From: Mobula hypostoma
Lineage: Eukaryota
Length of the DNA stretch: 64,000 nucleotides
Reading direction: 5' to 3'
Assembly: GCF_963921235.1 (NCBI RefSeq)
Contig: NC_086100.1
Coordinates: 201,192,001 to 201,256,000, forward strand
Positions 46,950 through 60,420 of this stretch are shown here, one piece after another; the stretch's first letter is position 1; each line of letters starts with the position of its first letter. The translations under genes and the position numbers were made by a program. The notes beneath the pieces are model-generated. The model did not search any database and was not told the DNA's origin. It was given only the letters and a program-made list of their open reading frames with translations.

Positions 46950-47220
46950 TTCAAAGCAACATACACAAAGTACTGAATGAATGCAACAGGTCAGGCAGTA
47001 TTGACAGAACAGTCGATGTTTCAGGCTGAGATCCTTCTTCAGGACTGGAAAGGAGGATGAGAAGTCGGCATAAGAAGGTGGTGGGAGGGGAGGAGACACG
47101 GTAAGGTGGTCGGTGACAGGTGAAGTCAGAACGGGGGGAGGGGGGTGAAGTCTGTGGTGATGGGTCTGGATGGAAACATGGTCAGGGGCTGCAGAGATCA
47201 CAGAGGGCGCAGAAAGAAAC
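46950..47220 (-). mobile_element. Older Penelope-type tail with hammerhead-like motif at 47011-47046
   Basis: Minus strand AGTC-CTGAAGA-AGGATCTCAGCCT-GAAAC-ATC-GACT. Confidence 0.7.
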
Positions 47221-50084
47221 AATATCACTGAACTCCCATTAAAGAGAAGTTTTATTCAGCACAGGCATCCTTTGAAGAGATTTCACTGTAGTAGGATCAC
47301 AGACATGAGAAAACCTGATTAATTGCGAAGTGTTTCTCTCAAAGGGGTAACTACACAGCACTGGGAGGGAGTGTCAGACAGTGACAGTGAGCTGGGGCTT
47401 CTCTCAAAGGGGTAACCACACAGCACTGGGAATTCTAGTTGATGAAAAGCCGATCATTCTCAACCAGTCGACTTGCATTGTTTGAGGTGTAACTTGCAGA
47501 ACAGATGAGTAGGAACCAATGGATGAGATGTGTCTGGACTTTAAGAAACCTTTATATTAGGTCCCACATGAAAAGTTGGAGTGTACAATTATGACAAATG
47601 ACTGACCTTCAGTGTGAAAAGGCTTATCAACTACATATACAAGATACCCCTGACCAGATGACACCTCCTCCATCCAAACTGGCTGAACAAGTTCCACTGC
47701 AAGTTCCCTACACATCAACAATTCTATTGCCCATCAGCAATGCCTCATATCCTTTGTTAAGAAAGAGGAGGGCATTTGGTCTGAAAGCAGATCAGACTGA
47801 TATGCAGAGAGAACTGAAAGAAGGAAATGGTCCCATTCTGGGTGACAAGCATGGCTTACCACAGCGATCGTGCTGGGACAGCAGCTCTTCTCCAGACACC
47901 ATAATGATTTGGAGGAGTTAATTATGTATCATATCTCCAGTCTGTGGATGGCACAAAGCTGAGGGGAGTGCGAGACGTGACGAGGATGTGGAACCGCTGC
48001 AGACCGGCTCGGATGGGGTGATGGAATGGGCCGTTGAGGGCAGTTGCAGAATTACGTGGATCAGAGTGAGCTGCTGGAGTGACGGAGGATGAGAGGTGAC
48101 CTGATATAGGTGTATAAGATGTTGAGAGGCATTGATCGTGTGGATAGTCAGAGGCTTTTTCCCAGGGCTGAAATGGCTAACACGAGAGGGCACAGTTTTA
48201 AGGTGTTTGGAAATAGGTACAGAGGAGATGTCAGGGGTAAGTTTTTTACACAGAGTAGTGGATGCACGGAATGCACTGCCAGCGATGGTGCTAGAGGCAG
48301 ATACAACAGGGTCTTTTAAGAGACTCTTAGATAGGTACATGGAGCTTAGAAAAATAGAGGGCTATGCGGTAGGGAAATTCTAGGCAGTTTCTAGAGTAAG
48401 TTATGTGGTTGGCACAACATTGTGGGCCAAAGGGCCTGTAATATGCTGTAGGTATCGATGTTCTATGTTCTAGAAGTCCATAATGTATCTGCCTCTACCA
48501 CCACCCCAGGCACCCATCATCTCTTTTGCCAGTCTTCTACATGATCCACAACACCTCTGATCTTCGTATCATCTGCAAGCATACTCCCAACCCATCTATA
48601 CCTTCATCCAGGGCATTTATTTACATCACAAACAGCAGGGGTCTCAGTACCGATCTCTGCAGAACACTGCTAATTACAGACTTCCACATCCCCTGTTTTC
48701 TATGGATCAGCCAGGTCTGAATCCAAATAGCCAGTTCACCATGGATCTCAATATTCCGGAGGAGGCTCCCATGAGGGACTTTGTTAATCACCTTACAACA
48801 TCCTCAACACTACCTTCATCAATCACCTGTGCAACCTCATTGAAAAGCTCATGACAAGCTATTGGCCAGAAAGAACAAATCATTGAAAAGAATGAGCCAA
48901 GGGCAGTGGAAATCGATAAAGGAGAAGTCTTTATTCTTAGCATGTGGTTGCAGGAATGGAGGTAGCTATTTTGTAAGTCTATTTATGCCTCCAGTCTTTT
49001 GTGAACTGCCTCTAGCTCTGGGATAACTTAATCAGAACAACTGAATTGTGTGTGGCCAACCAGCAGCGTCAACAGAGCTTTACCACGAGGGATTTCTCGC
49101 AGGTTGGCGGCGGTTATTTAAAATGGGAGCTTTGAGAGCGCTTGTCCATTGTACGTGGCCTGTCAGCAGCATCAACAGAATTCTACGAACTGAATAAAAG
49201 TACAAAAGGGCAATGTTATGGGAGTCATGGGAGATTTTAACATGCAGGGTGATTGGGGAAAGTCAGGTTGGTAATGGATGTCAAGAGAGTGAGTTTGTTG
49301 AATGCCTAAGAGATTACTTTTTAGAGCAGTTTGTCGATCAGCTATAGTGGATTGGCTGTTATGCAATGAACTGGAGGTGATTAGGGAGCTTAAGGTAAAA
49401 GAATCCTTAGGAACCAGCGATCACAATATGATTGTGTTCAACTTGAAATTTGATAGGAAGAAAGTAAAGTCTGATGTAGCAGTATTTCAGTGGAGTAAGG
49501 GAAATTACAGTGGTATGAGAGAGGAGTTGGCCAAAGTAAATTGGAAGGAGCTGCTGGCAGGGATGTCAGCAGAGCAGCAATGGTGTGAGTTTCTGGGAAA
49601 AATGAGGAAGGTGCAGGACATGTGTATTCCAAAAATGAAGAATTACTCAAATGGTAAAATAGTACAACTGTGGCTGACACGGGAAGACAAAGATATTGTA
49701 AAAGCAAAAGAAAGGGCATACAATAAAGCAAAAATTAGTAGCATGATAGAGGATTGGGAAGCTTTTAAAAAACTACAGAGAGCAACTAAAACTCATTAGA
49801 AGGGAAAAGATTAAATATGAAATCAAGGTAGTAAAAGTTTTTTCAAGTATTTTAAAAATAAAAGAGAAATGAGAGTGGATGTAAGACCGCTAGAAAATGA
49901 GGCAAGAGAAATAATAATATGGGACAAGGAGATGGCTGATGAACTAAATGAGTATTTTGCGTCAGTCTTCACTGTAGAAGACACTAGCAATATCCCTGAT
50001 GTTGCAGTCTGTGAAGGAAGAGAAATGGGTGCAGTTACTGTTACAAGAGAGAAGGTGCTCAAAAAGCTGAAAGACCTAAAGGTA

Positions 50085-51111
50085 AACAACAGGAATTCTG
50101 CAGATGCTGGAAATTCAAGCAACACACATCAAAGTTGCTGGTGAACGCAGCAGGCCAGGCAGCATCTATAGGAAGAGGTGCAGTCGACGTTTCAGGCCGA
50201 GACCCTTCGTCAGGACTAACTGAAGGAAGAGTGAGTAAGAGATTTGAAAGTTGGAGGGGGAGGGGGAGATCCAAAATGATAGGAGAAGACAGGAGGGGGA
50301 GGGATGGAGCCGAGAGCTGGACAGGTGATAGGCAAAAGGGGATACGACAGGATCATGGGACAGGAGGTCCGGGAAGAAAGACAAGGGGGGGGTGACCCAG
50401 AGGATGGGCAAGAGGTATATTCAGAGGGACAGAGGGAGAAAAAGGAGAGTGAGAGAAAGAATGTGTGCATAAAAATGAGTAACACATGGGGTACGAGGGG
50501 GAGGTGGGGCCTTAGCGGAAGTTAGAGAAGTCGATGTTCATGCCATCAGGTTGGAGGCTACCCAGACGGAATATAAGGTGTTGTTCCTCCAACCTGAGTG
50601 TGGCTTCATCTTTACAGTAGAGGAGGCCGTGGATAGACATGTCAGAATGGGAATGGGATGTGGAATTAAAATGTGTGGCCACTGGGAGATCCTGCTTTCT
50701 CTGGCGGACAGAGCGTAGATGTTCAGCAAAGCGGTCTCCCAGTCTGCGTCGGGTCTCGCCAATATATAAAAGGCCACATCGGGAGCACCAGACGCAGTAT
50801 ATCACCCCAGCCGACTCACAGGTGAAGTGTTGCCTCACCTGGAAGGACTGTCTGGGGCCCTGAATGGTGGTAAGGGAGGAAGTGTAAGGGCAGGTGTAGC
50901 ACTTGTTCCGCTTACACGGATAAGTGCCAGGAGGGAGATCAGTGGGGAGGGATGGGGGGGACGAATGGACAAGGGAGTTGTGTAGGGAGCGATCCCTGCG
51001 GAATGCAGGGGGGGGGAGGGAAAGATGTGCTTAGTGGTGGGATCCCGTTGGAGGTGGCGGAAGTTACGGAGAATAATATGTTGGACCCGGAGGCTGGTGG
51101 GGTGGTAGGTG
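50085..51111 (-). mobile_element. Penelope-like retroelement copy 2 with 13-bp TSD
   Basis: GIY-YIG ORF 50512-50838; AGACCTAAAGGTA at 50072-50084 and 51112-51124. Confidence 0.95.
50182..50217 (-). ncRNA. Minimal type I hammerhead ribozyme motif in Penelope tail
   Basis: Minus strand AGUC-CUGACGA-AGG(GUCUCGG)CCU-GAAA-CG-UC-GACU. Confidence 0.8.
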
Positions 51112-52418
51112 AGACCTAAAGGTACATAGGGCACCCGGAGCAGATGAACTGCACCCTAGGGTTCCGAAAGAAGTAATGTTAGAGATTGTGGTGTCATTAG
51201 AAATGATCTTTCAAAAATCATTGGACTCTGGCATGGTTCCAGAGGACTGGAAAATTGCAAATGTCTCTCCACTCTTTAGGAAAGGAGGAAGACAGCAGAA
51301 AGTAAATTATAGACCAGTTAGCCTGACCTCAGTGGTTGGGAGGATGTTAGAGTCAATTGTTAAGGATGAGGTGATGGAGTACTTTGTGACACAGGACAAG
51401 ATAGTACAAAGTCAGCATGGTTTCCTTCAGGAAAAATCCTGCCTGACGAACCTGTTGGAATTCCTTGAGGGGATTACAAGTAGGATAGATAAAGGGAATG
51501 CGGTAGATGTTGTATATTTGGACTTTCAGAGGGCCTTTGACAAGGTGCCACACATGAGGCTGCTTACCAAGTTAAGAGCCCATGATTACAGGAAAGTTAC
51601 TAACATGGTTAGAGCATTGGCTGATTGGTAGGAGGCAGTGAATTAGAATAAAAGGATCCTTTTCTGGTTGGCTGCCAGTGACTAGTGGTGTTCCACAGGG
51701 GTCGGTGTTGGGGCCACTTCTTTTTATGTTGTATATCAATGATTTAGATAATGGAATAGATGGCTTTGTCGCCAAGTTTGCAGATAACACGAAGATTGGT
51801 GGAGGGGCAGGTAGGATGCAGAAGGACTTAGACAGTTTAGGAAAATGGGAAAGAAAGTGGCCAATGAAATACAATGTTGAAAAATGCACGGTCATGCACT
51901 TTAGTCGTAGAAATAAATGTGCAGACTATTTTCTAAACAGGGAGAAAATCCAGAGGGACTTGGGAGTCCTTGTGCAGAACACCCTGAAGGTTAACTTGCA
52001 GGTTGAGTCGATGGTGAGGAAGGCAAATGCCATGTTAGCATTCATTTCAAGAGGTCTAGAATACAAGAGCACGGATGTGATGCTGAGGCTTTATAAGGCA
52101 CTGGTGAGGCCTCACCTTTAGTATTGTGAACAGTTTTGGGCCCCTCATCTTAGAAAAGATGTGCTGGCATTGGAGAGGGTCCAGAGGAGGTTCACAAGGA
52201 TAATTCTGGGAATGAAAGGGTTATCATATGAGGAATGGTTTGATAACTCTGGATCTGTACTCGCTGGAATTCAGAAGGATGAGTGGGGGATCTCATTGAA
52301 ACCTTTCAAATGTTGAAAGGCCTAGACAGAGTAGATGTGGAAAGGATGTTTCCCATGGTGGGAGAGTCTAGGACAAGAGGGGACAGCCTTAGGATAGAGG
52401 GGCACCCTTTCAAAACAG

Positions 52419-54946
52419 TGATATGGAGCAGAAATCGGCCATTTGGCCCATTGAGTCTGCTCCGCCATTTTATCATGAGCTGATCCATTCTCCCATTTAG
52501 TCCCACTCCCCCACCTTCTCACCATATAACCTTTGATGCCCTGGCTACTCAGATACCTATCAATCTCTGCCTTAAATACACCCAATGACTTGGCCTCCAC
52601 TGCTGCCCGTGGCAACAAATTACATAGATTCACCACCCTCTGGCTAAAAAAATTTCTTCGCATTTCTGTTCTGAATGGACACCCTTCAATCCTTAAGTCA
52701 TGCCCTCTCATACTAGACTCCTCCATCATGGGAAACAACTTTGCCACATCCACTCTGTCCATGCCTTTCAACATTCAAAATGTCTCTATGAGGTCTCCCC
52801 TCATTCTTCTAAACTCCAAGGAATACAGTCCAAGAGCGGACAAACGTTCCTCATATGTTAACCCTCTCATTCCCAGAATCATTCTGGTGAATCTTCTCTG
52901 TACCCTCTCCAACATCAGCACATCCTTTCTTAAATAAGGCGACCAAAACTGCCCACAGTACTCCAAGTGAGGTCTCACCAGCGTGTTATAGAGCCTCAAC
53001 ATCACGTCCCTGCTCCTATACTCTATTCCTCTAGAAATGAATGCCAACATTGCATTCGCCTTCTTCACTACTGACTCAACCTGGAGGTTAACTTTAAGGG
53101 TATCCTGTACAAGGACTCCCAAGTCCCGTTGCATCTCCGAACTTTGAATTCTTTCTCCATTTAAATAATAGTCTGCCCATTTATTATTTCTGCCAAAGTG
53201 CATAACTGTACTCTTTCCAACATTGTACTTCATTTGCCACTTCTCTGCCCATTCTTCCAATCTATCCAAGTCTCTCTGCAGACTCTCCGTTTCCTCAGCA
53301 CTACCGGCCCCTCCACCTATCTTCATATCATCAGCAAACTTAGCCACAAAACCATCTATTCCACAATCCAAATCGTTGATGTACAATGTAAAAAGAAGCG
53401 GCCCCAACACGGAGCCCTGTGGAACACCACTGGTAACCATCAGCCAACCAGAATAGGATCCCTTTATTCCCACTCTCTGTTTCCTGCCAATCAGCCAACG
53501 CTCTATCCACGTATGTAACTTTTCCGTAATTCCATGGGCTCTCATCTTGTTAAGTAGCCTCATGTGTGGCACCTTGTCAAAGGCCTTCTGAAAATCCAAA
53601 TATACAACATCCACTGCGTCTCCCTTGTCTAGCCTACCAGTAATTTCCTCAAAAAATTGTAATAGGTTTGTCAGGCAGGATTTTCCTTTAAGGAATTCAT
53701 GCTGAGTTCTGCCTATCTTGTCATATGCCTCCAGGTACTCTGTAACCTCATCCTTGACAATCGACTTCAAAAACTTCCCAACCACCGATGTCAAGCTAAC
53801 AGGTCTATAATTTCCTTTTTGCTTCCTTGCCCCCTTCTTAAATAGCGGAGTGACATTTGCAATCTTCCAGTCTTCCGGAACCATGCCAGAATCTATCGAC
53901 TTTTGAAAGATCATTGCTAATGCCTCTGCAATCTCCACAGCTACTTCCTTCAGAACACGAGGGTGCATTCCATCTGGTCCAGGAGATTTATCTACCTTTA
54001 GCCTATTCAGCTTCCTGAGTACTTTCTCTGTCGTAATTGTGACTGCTCACACTTCTCTTCCCTGCCACCCTTGAGTGTCCGGTATACTGCTGATGTCTTC
54101 CTCAGTGAAGACTGATGCAAAATACTCGTTCAGTTCCTCTGCCATCTCCTTATCTCACATTACAATTTCTCCAGCATCATTTTCTATCGGTTCTATATCT
54201 ACTCTCACCTGCCTTTTACTCTTTATATACTTGAAAAAGCTTTTAGTATTCTCTTTGATATTATTTGTTAGCTTCCTTTCATAGCTAATCCTTTCCCTCT
54301 TAATGACCTTCTTAGTTTCCTTTTGTAAGCTTTTAAAAACTTCCCAATCCTCTGTCTTTCCACTAGTTTTTGCTTCCTTGTATGCCCTCTCCTTTGCTTA
54401 AACTTTGGCTTTGACTTCTCTTGTCAACCACGGTTACATCCTTTTTCCATTCGAAAATTTCTTCTTTTTTGGAATATAACTGTCTTGCACTTCTCGCATA
54501 AACCCCAGCCACTGCTGCTTTGCCGTCTTTCCCGCCAGTGTCTCTTTCCAGTCAACTTTGGCCAGTTCCTCTCTCATGCCACTGTAATTTCCTTTACTCC
54601 ACTGAAATACCGACACATCAGATTTCAGCTTCTCTTTTTCAAATTTTACAGTGAATTCAATCATGTTATGATCACTGCCTCCTAAGGGTTCCTTCACCTC
54701 AATCTCTCTAACCACCTCCGGTTCATTACACAATACCCAATCCAGTACAGCTGATCCCCTAGTGGGCTCAACAACAAGCTGTTCTAAAAAGCCATCTCGC
54801 AGACATTCTACAAATTCTCTCTCTTGAGATCCAGTGCCGACCTGATTTTCCCAATCCACTCACATGTTAACATCCCCCACAATTATCATAACACTGCCCT
54901 TCTGACAAGCCTTTTCTATTTCCTGTTGTAATTTGTAGTCCACATT
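52419..54946 (-). mobile_element. Young 5'-truncated CR1-type LINE
   Basis: 397-aa open RT ORF 52775-53968; endonuclease end 54434-54859. Confidence 0.95.
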
Positions 54947-57065
54947 CCTACAAAAGGAGGAAGTCATGGAGGGATTGTCTACTGAGTCAGTGTGAGCGGA
55001 AGTCAGAAACAGGAAAGGGGCAATAACTCTACTGGGTGTTTTTTATACACCCCCCCACCCAACAGTAACAGGGATACCAAGGAGCAGGTAGACTTTCCTA
55101 GTATTGATTGGCATTTCCTTAGCACAAGGGGTTTAGATGTGGTGGAGTTTGTTAGGTGTGTTCAGGAATGTTTCCTGACACATTATGTGGATAAGCCAAC
55201 TGGAGGAGAGTCTGTATTGGGAAATGAACCTGGTCAAGTGTCAGATCTCTCAGTGGTAGAACATTTTGGAGGTAGTGACCACAACTCTACCTCCTTCACC
55301 ATAGCGATGGAGAGAGATAGGAGCAGACAACTTGGTGAAACATTTAATTGTGGTAGGGGGAAATATGATGCTATTTGGCAGGAACTTCGGAGCATAAATT
55401 GGGAGCAGATGGTCTCAGGAAAATGCACAGCAGAAATGTGGCAGATGATCAGGGAACATTTACATGGAGTTCTGCATAGGTATGTTCCATTGAGACAGGG
55501 AAAGGATGGTAGGGTAAAAGAACCATGGTGGAGAAAGGATGTAGAAAACCTAGTTAAGAAGAAAAGAAAAGCTTATGAAAGGTTCAAGAAACTAGGCACT
55601 GTTAGAGCTCTAGGAAATTACAAGGTTGTTAGTAAGGAACTTAAGAATGGAAATTAGGAGAGCCAGAAAGTGCCATGAGAAGGCCTTGGTGAGCAGGATT
55701 AAGGAAAACCCCAAGGCATTCTACAAGTATGTGAAGAACAAGAGGATGAGCCATGAAAGAATAGGACCAATCAGGTGCGACAGTAGAGTCAGAGGAGGTA
55801 GCGGAGACACTTAATGAATATTTGCTTCAATATTCACCAGGGAAAAAGACCTTGGCAATTGTGGGGATAACTTACAGTGGACTGAAACACTTGAGCGTAT
55901 AGACATTAAGAAAAAAGATGTGCTGAGCTTTTGAAAAGCATTAAGTTAGATAAGTCACTGGGACGGGATGGGATATACCCCAGGCTACTTTGGGAAGTGT
56001 GGGAGGAGATTGTTGAGCCTCTGGATCTTTGCGTCATCAATAGGGACGGGAGAAGTACCAGAGGACGGGAGGGTTGTAAATGTTGTTCCCTTGTTCAAGA
56101 AAGGGAGTAGAGATAACCCAGGAAATTATAGACCAGTGAGTGGTGGGCAAGTTGTTGGAGAAGATTCTGACAGGCAGGATTTATGAGCATTTGGAGAGAC
56201 AAAATCTGATTGGGGATAGTCAGCATGGTTTTGTCAAGGGCAGGTTGTGCCTTACGAGCCCGGTTGAATTCTTTCAGGATGTAACAAAACACATTGATGA
56301 AAGTAGAGCAGTGGATGTACTGTATATGGATTTCAGTAAAGCACTTGATAAGATTCCCCGTGCAAGGCTCCTTCAGAAAGTAAGGGGGCATGCGATCCAA
56401 GGAGACCTTGCTCTGTGAATCCAGAATTGGCTTGCCCACAGAAGGCAAAGGGCGGTTGTAGATGTTTCATATTGTGTTTGGAGGTCGGTGACCAGTGGTG
56501 TTCCACAGGGATCTGTTCTGGGACCCCTCCTCTTTGCGATTTTTATAAATGACCTGGGTGAAGAAGTAGAAGGGTAAGTTTGCTGATGACACAAAGGTTG
56601 GGGGTGTTGTGGACAGTCTGGAGGGTTGTCAGATGTCACAGCGGGACATCGATAGGTTGCAAACTTGGGCTGAGAAGTGGCAGATGGACTTTAATCCCGA
56701 TAAGTGTGAAGTGGTTCATTATGGTAGGTCCAATTTGAAGACAGAATATAATATAAATGGCAAGACCCTCGGCAGTGTGGAGGATCAGAGAGATCTTGGG
56801 GTCCATGTCCATAGGACACTCAAAGCTGCTGTGCAGGTTGACAGTGTTGTTAAGAAGGTGTATGTTGTGTTGGCATTCATCAACCGTAGGATTGAGTTCA
56901 AGAGCCATGAGGTAGTTTTACAGCTATAGAAGACCTTGGTCAGACCCCACTTGGAGCACTGTGTTCAGTTCTGATCAAGTCAAGTCGCTTTTATTGTCAT
57001 TTCAACCATAACTGCTGGTACAGTACACAGTAAAAACGAAACAATGTTCCTCCAGGACCATGGTG

Positions 57066-57330
57066 CTACATGAAACAACACAAAACTACACTAGACTACC
57101 TGAAACAACACAAAACTACACGAAACAACACAAAACTACACTAGACTACATGAAACAACACAAATCTACACTAAACTACATGAAACAACACAAAACTACT
57201 CTAGACTACATGAAACAACACAAAACTACACTAAACTACCTGAAACAACACAAAACTGCACTAGACTACATGAAACAACACAAAACTACACTAAACTACC
57301 TGAAACAACACAAACCTACTTTAGACTTCA
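57066..57330. repeat. 30-bp minisatellite, ~9 copies
   Basis: Unit CTACATGAAACAACACAAAACTACACTA(G/A)A. Confidence 0.93.
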
Positions 57331-57398
57331 GGCCTAAAGGAGACTACATAAAGTGCACAAAACAGCGCACGACAGTACAATAATTAATAAACAAGACA

Positions 57399-57712
57399 TT
57401 TAAAGGCATCTGTTAGTCTTGCGAGACCATGGATCTGCGCCTGGAAAGTCTTCACTCTCCAGGGCTCAGGCCTGGGCAAAGTTGTATGAAAGACCAGCAG
57501 CTGCCCATGCTGCAAGTCTCCCCTCTCCACGACACCAATGTTGTCCAAGGGAAGGGCATTAGGACACATACAGCTTGGCACCAGTGTCGGCGCAGAGCAA
57601 TGTGTGATTAAGTGCCTTGCTCAAAGACACAACACATTCCGTCGGCTGGGGCTCGAACTCACGACCTTCAGGTCACTAGTCCAATGCCTTAACCACTTGG
57701 CCACGTGCCCAC
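57399..57712 (-). mobile_element. tRNA-derived SINE with 8-bp TSD
   Basis: Head GTGGCCAAGTGG (A box)...GTTCGAGCC (B box); ACAAGACA at 57391-57398 and 57713-57720. Confidence 0.9.
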
Positions 57713-57841
57713 ACAAGACAATAGGCACAGTAAAGGACAAATTATAATATAATAATAAATGATGTAAGTGTAAACAATCTTTTAGCAGGAATTGAGAAAG
57801 AAATGAGCAAAAATTGCAAATGCTGTGGATTGGTCTTCAGT

Positions 57842-57842
57842 T

Positions 57843-57904
<62 letters not shown>
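57842..57904. repeat. (GT)n microsatellite
   Basis: Direct reading. Confidence 0.97.
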
Positions 57905-57908
<4 letters not shown>

Positions 57909-58284
57909 TGGTGTCAGTCCAGGCTCTGGGTATTGAGGAGACTGATGGCTTGGGGGAAGAAACTGTTACACAGTTTGGTCGTGAGAGCCCGAATGCTTCG
58001 GTACCTTTTGCCAGATGGCAGGAGGGAGAAGAGTTTGTATGAGGGGTGCGTGGGGTCCTTCACAATGCTGTTTGCTTTACGGATGCAGCGTGTGGTGTAA
58101 ATATCTGTAATGGCGGGAAGAGAGACCCCAGTGATTCCTTCAGCTGACCTCACTATCCGCTGCAGGGTCTTGCGATCTGAGAATTTCTGAACCAGGCAGT
58201 GATGCAGCTGCTCAGGATGCTCTCAATACAGGCTCTGTAGAAAGTGGTGAGGATGGGGGGTGGGAGATGGACTGATCACCTGGC

Positions 58285-60420
58285 TGTACTTCACTCCCTG
58301 AGTACAGGCAGAGACTGAAGACTGCAGCAGCAGTAGTGAGGACCAAGAAAGTTTGGACAAGGGAAGCACAGGACTGCTTTGAATCGGTGGACTGGACTGT
58401 ATCCAGGGATTCATCTTCGAATCTGGGTGAGTAGGCTGCAGTTGTTACTGACTTCATTAAAACCTGTGTGTATGGGTGTGTGCCTACAAAGGCTTATTTA
58501 CATTCCCAGACCAAAAGTTGTGCATGAACCAGGAGGTACATCGTCTGCTGAAGGCTAGATCTATGGCATTCCAGTCTGGCGACCCAGGTCTGTACCAGAA
58601 AACCAGGTATGACTTGCGGAGGGCTATTTCAAGGGCGAAGAGGCCATTTCAAATGAGGTTGGAGGCAACATTGGATGCACGGCAACTCTGGCAGGGTTTG
58701 CAAGACATTACTTCCCACAAAGCGAAACCCAATAGCATGAATGGCAGTGATGCTTCACTACCAGATGAACTCAACGCCTTCTGTGCCTGCTTTGAAAGGG
58801 AGAACACAACTACAGCTGTGAAGATCCCTGCTGCATCTGATGACCCTGTGACCTCTGTCTCAGAGGCCGATGTTAGACTGTCTTTAAAGGGAGTGAACCC
58901 TTGCAAGGCAGAAGGTCCCAATGGAGTATCTGGTAATGCTCTGAAAACTTGTGCCAACCAACTAGCGGGAGTATTCAAGTACATTTTCAACCTCTCACTG
59001 CTTCAGACAGAGGTTCCCAGTTGCTTCAAAAAGGCAACAATTATACCAATGCCTAAGAAGAATAATGTGGGTTGCCTTAATGACTATCACCCGGTGGCAC
59101 TCACGTCGACAGTGAAGAAATGCTTTGAGAGGTTCATGACTCAGCAAGGGCCTGGACCCATTGCAATTTGCCTATCGCCACAAAGGGTCAACAGCAAAAG
59201 CAATCTCAATGGCTCTTCATGCGGTCTAAGACCACCTGGACAACACAAACATCTATGTCAGGATGCTGTTCATCGACTATAGCTCAACATTTAATACCAT
59301 CATTTCCACAATTCTGATTGAGAAGTTACAGAACCTGGGCCTCTGTACCTTCTTCTGCAATTGGATCCTTGACTTCCTAACCAGAAGACCACAATCTGTG
59401 CAGATTGGTGATAACATATCCTCCTCACTGACGATTAACACTGGTGCACCTCAGGGGTGTGTGCTTAGCCCACTGCTCTACTCTCTATATACACATGACT
59501 GTGTGGCTGTGTATAGCTCAAATACCATCTATAAATTTGCTGACGATACAACCATTGTTGGTAGAATCTCAGGTGGTGACGAGAGGGCATACAGGAGTGA
59601 GATATGCCAACTAGTGGAATGGTGTCGCAACAACCTGGCACTCAATGTCAGTAAGACAAAAGTGCTGATTGTGGACTTCAGGAAGGGTAAGATGAAGGAA
59701 CACATACCAATTCTCATAGAGGGATTAGAAGTGGAGACAATGAGCAGTTTCAAGTTCCTGGGTGTCAAGATCTCTGAGGATCTAACCTGGTCCCAACATA
59801 TCGATGCAGTTATAAGGAAGGCAAGACAGCAGCTATACTTCATTAGGAGATTGAAGAGATTTGGAATGCTAACAAATACACTCAAAAACTTCTATAGATG
59901 TACCATGGAGAGCATTCTGACAGACTGCATCACTGTCTGGTATGGGGTGGTGGGGGGAACTACTGCACAGGACCGAAAGAAGCTGCAGAGGGTCGTAAAT
60001 TTAGTCAGCTCCATCTTGGGTACTAGGCTACAAAGTACCCAGGATATCTTCAAGGAGTAGTGTCTCAGAAAGTCAGTGTCCATTATTAAGGACCCCCAGC
60101 ACCCAGGGCATGCCCTTTTCTCACTGTTACCATCAGGTAGGAGGTACAGAAGCCTGAAGTCACACACTCAGTGATTCAGGAACGGCTCCTTCCCCACCAT
60201 CCGATTCCTAAATGGACATTGAACCCATGAACACTACCTCACTTTTTAATATATATTTCTGTTTTTGCACAATTTTTAATCTATTCAATGTACGTGTACT
60301 GTAAGTTATTTATTAATTATTATTATTTTCTTCTTCCATATTATGCATTGCATTGAACTGCTGCTGCTAAGTTAACAAGTTTCACAACACATGCCGGTGA
60401 CAATAAACCTGATTCAGATT
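58285..60420 (+). mobile_element. Rex1/Babar-like LINE, RT + 3' end
   Basis: ORFs 58476-59282 and 59263-60060 ([27 protein letters not shown]); AATAAACCTGATTCAGATT tail. Confidence 0.93.

Larger units (their letters stand above)
49190..52418 (+). mobile_element. CR1-type LINE ORF2, interrupted by Penelope copy 2
   Basis: ORFs 49302-49799, 51176-51631, 51678-52121. Confidence 0.92.
56976..58245 (-). mobile_element. Rex1/Babar-like LINE 3' portion containing a 30-bp minisatellite, a SINE and (GT)n
   Basis: ORF 57914-58153 KANSIVKDPTHPSYKLFSLLPSGKRYRS...SFFPQAI; minus-strand AATAAA + (GACTT)n tail. Confidence 0.88.

Noticed and set aside
57060..57383. Protein with LDYMKQHKTT decapeptide repeats
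   Set aside because: Translation of a 30-bp minisatellite on the antisense strand of a LINE 3'UTR
57640..57712. tRNA gene
   Set aside because: Head of a TSD-flanked SINE; cloverleaf stems imperfect
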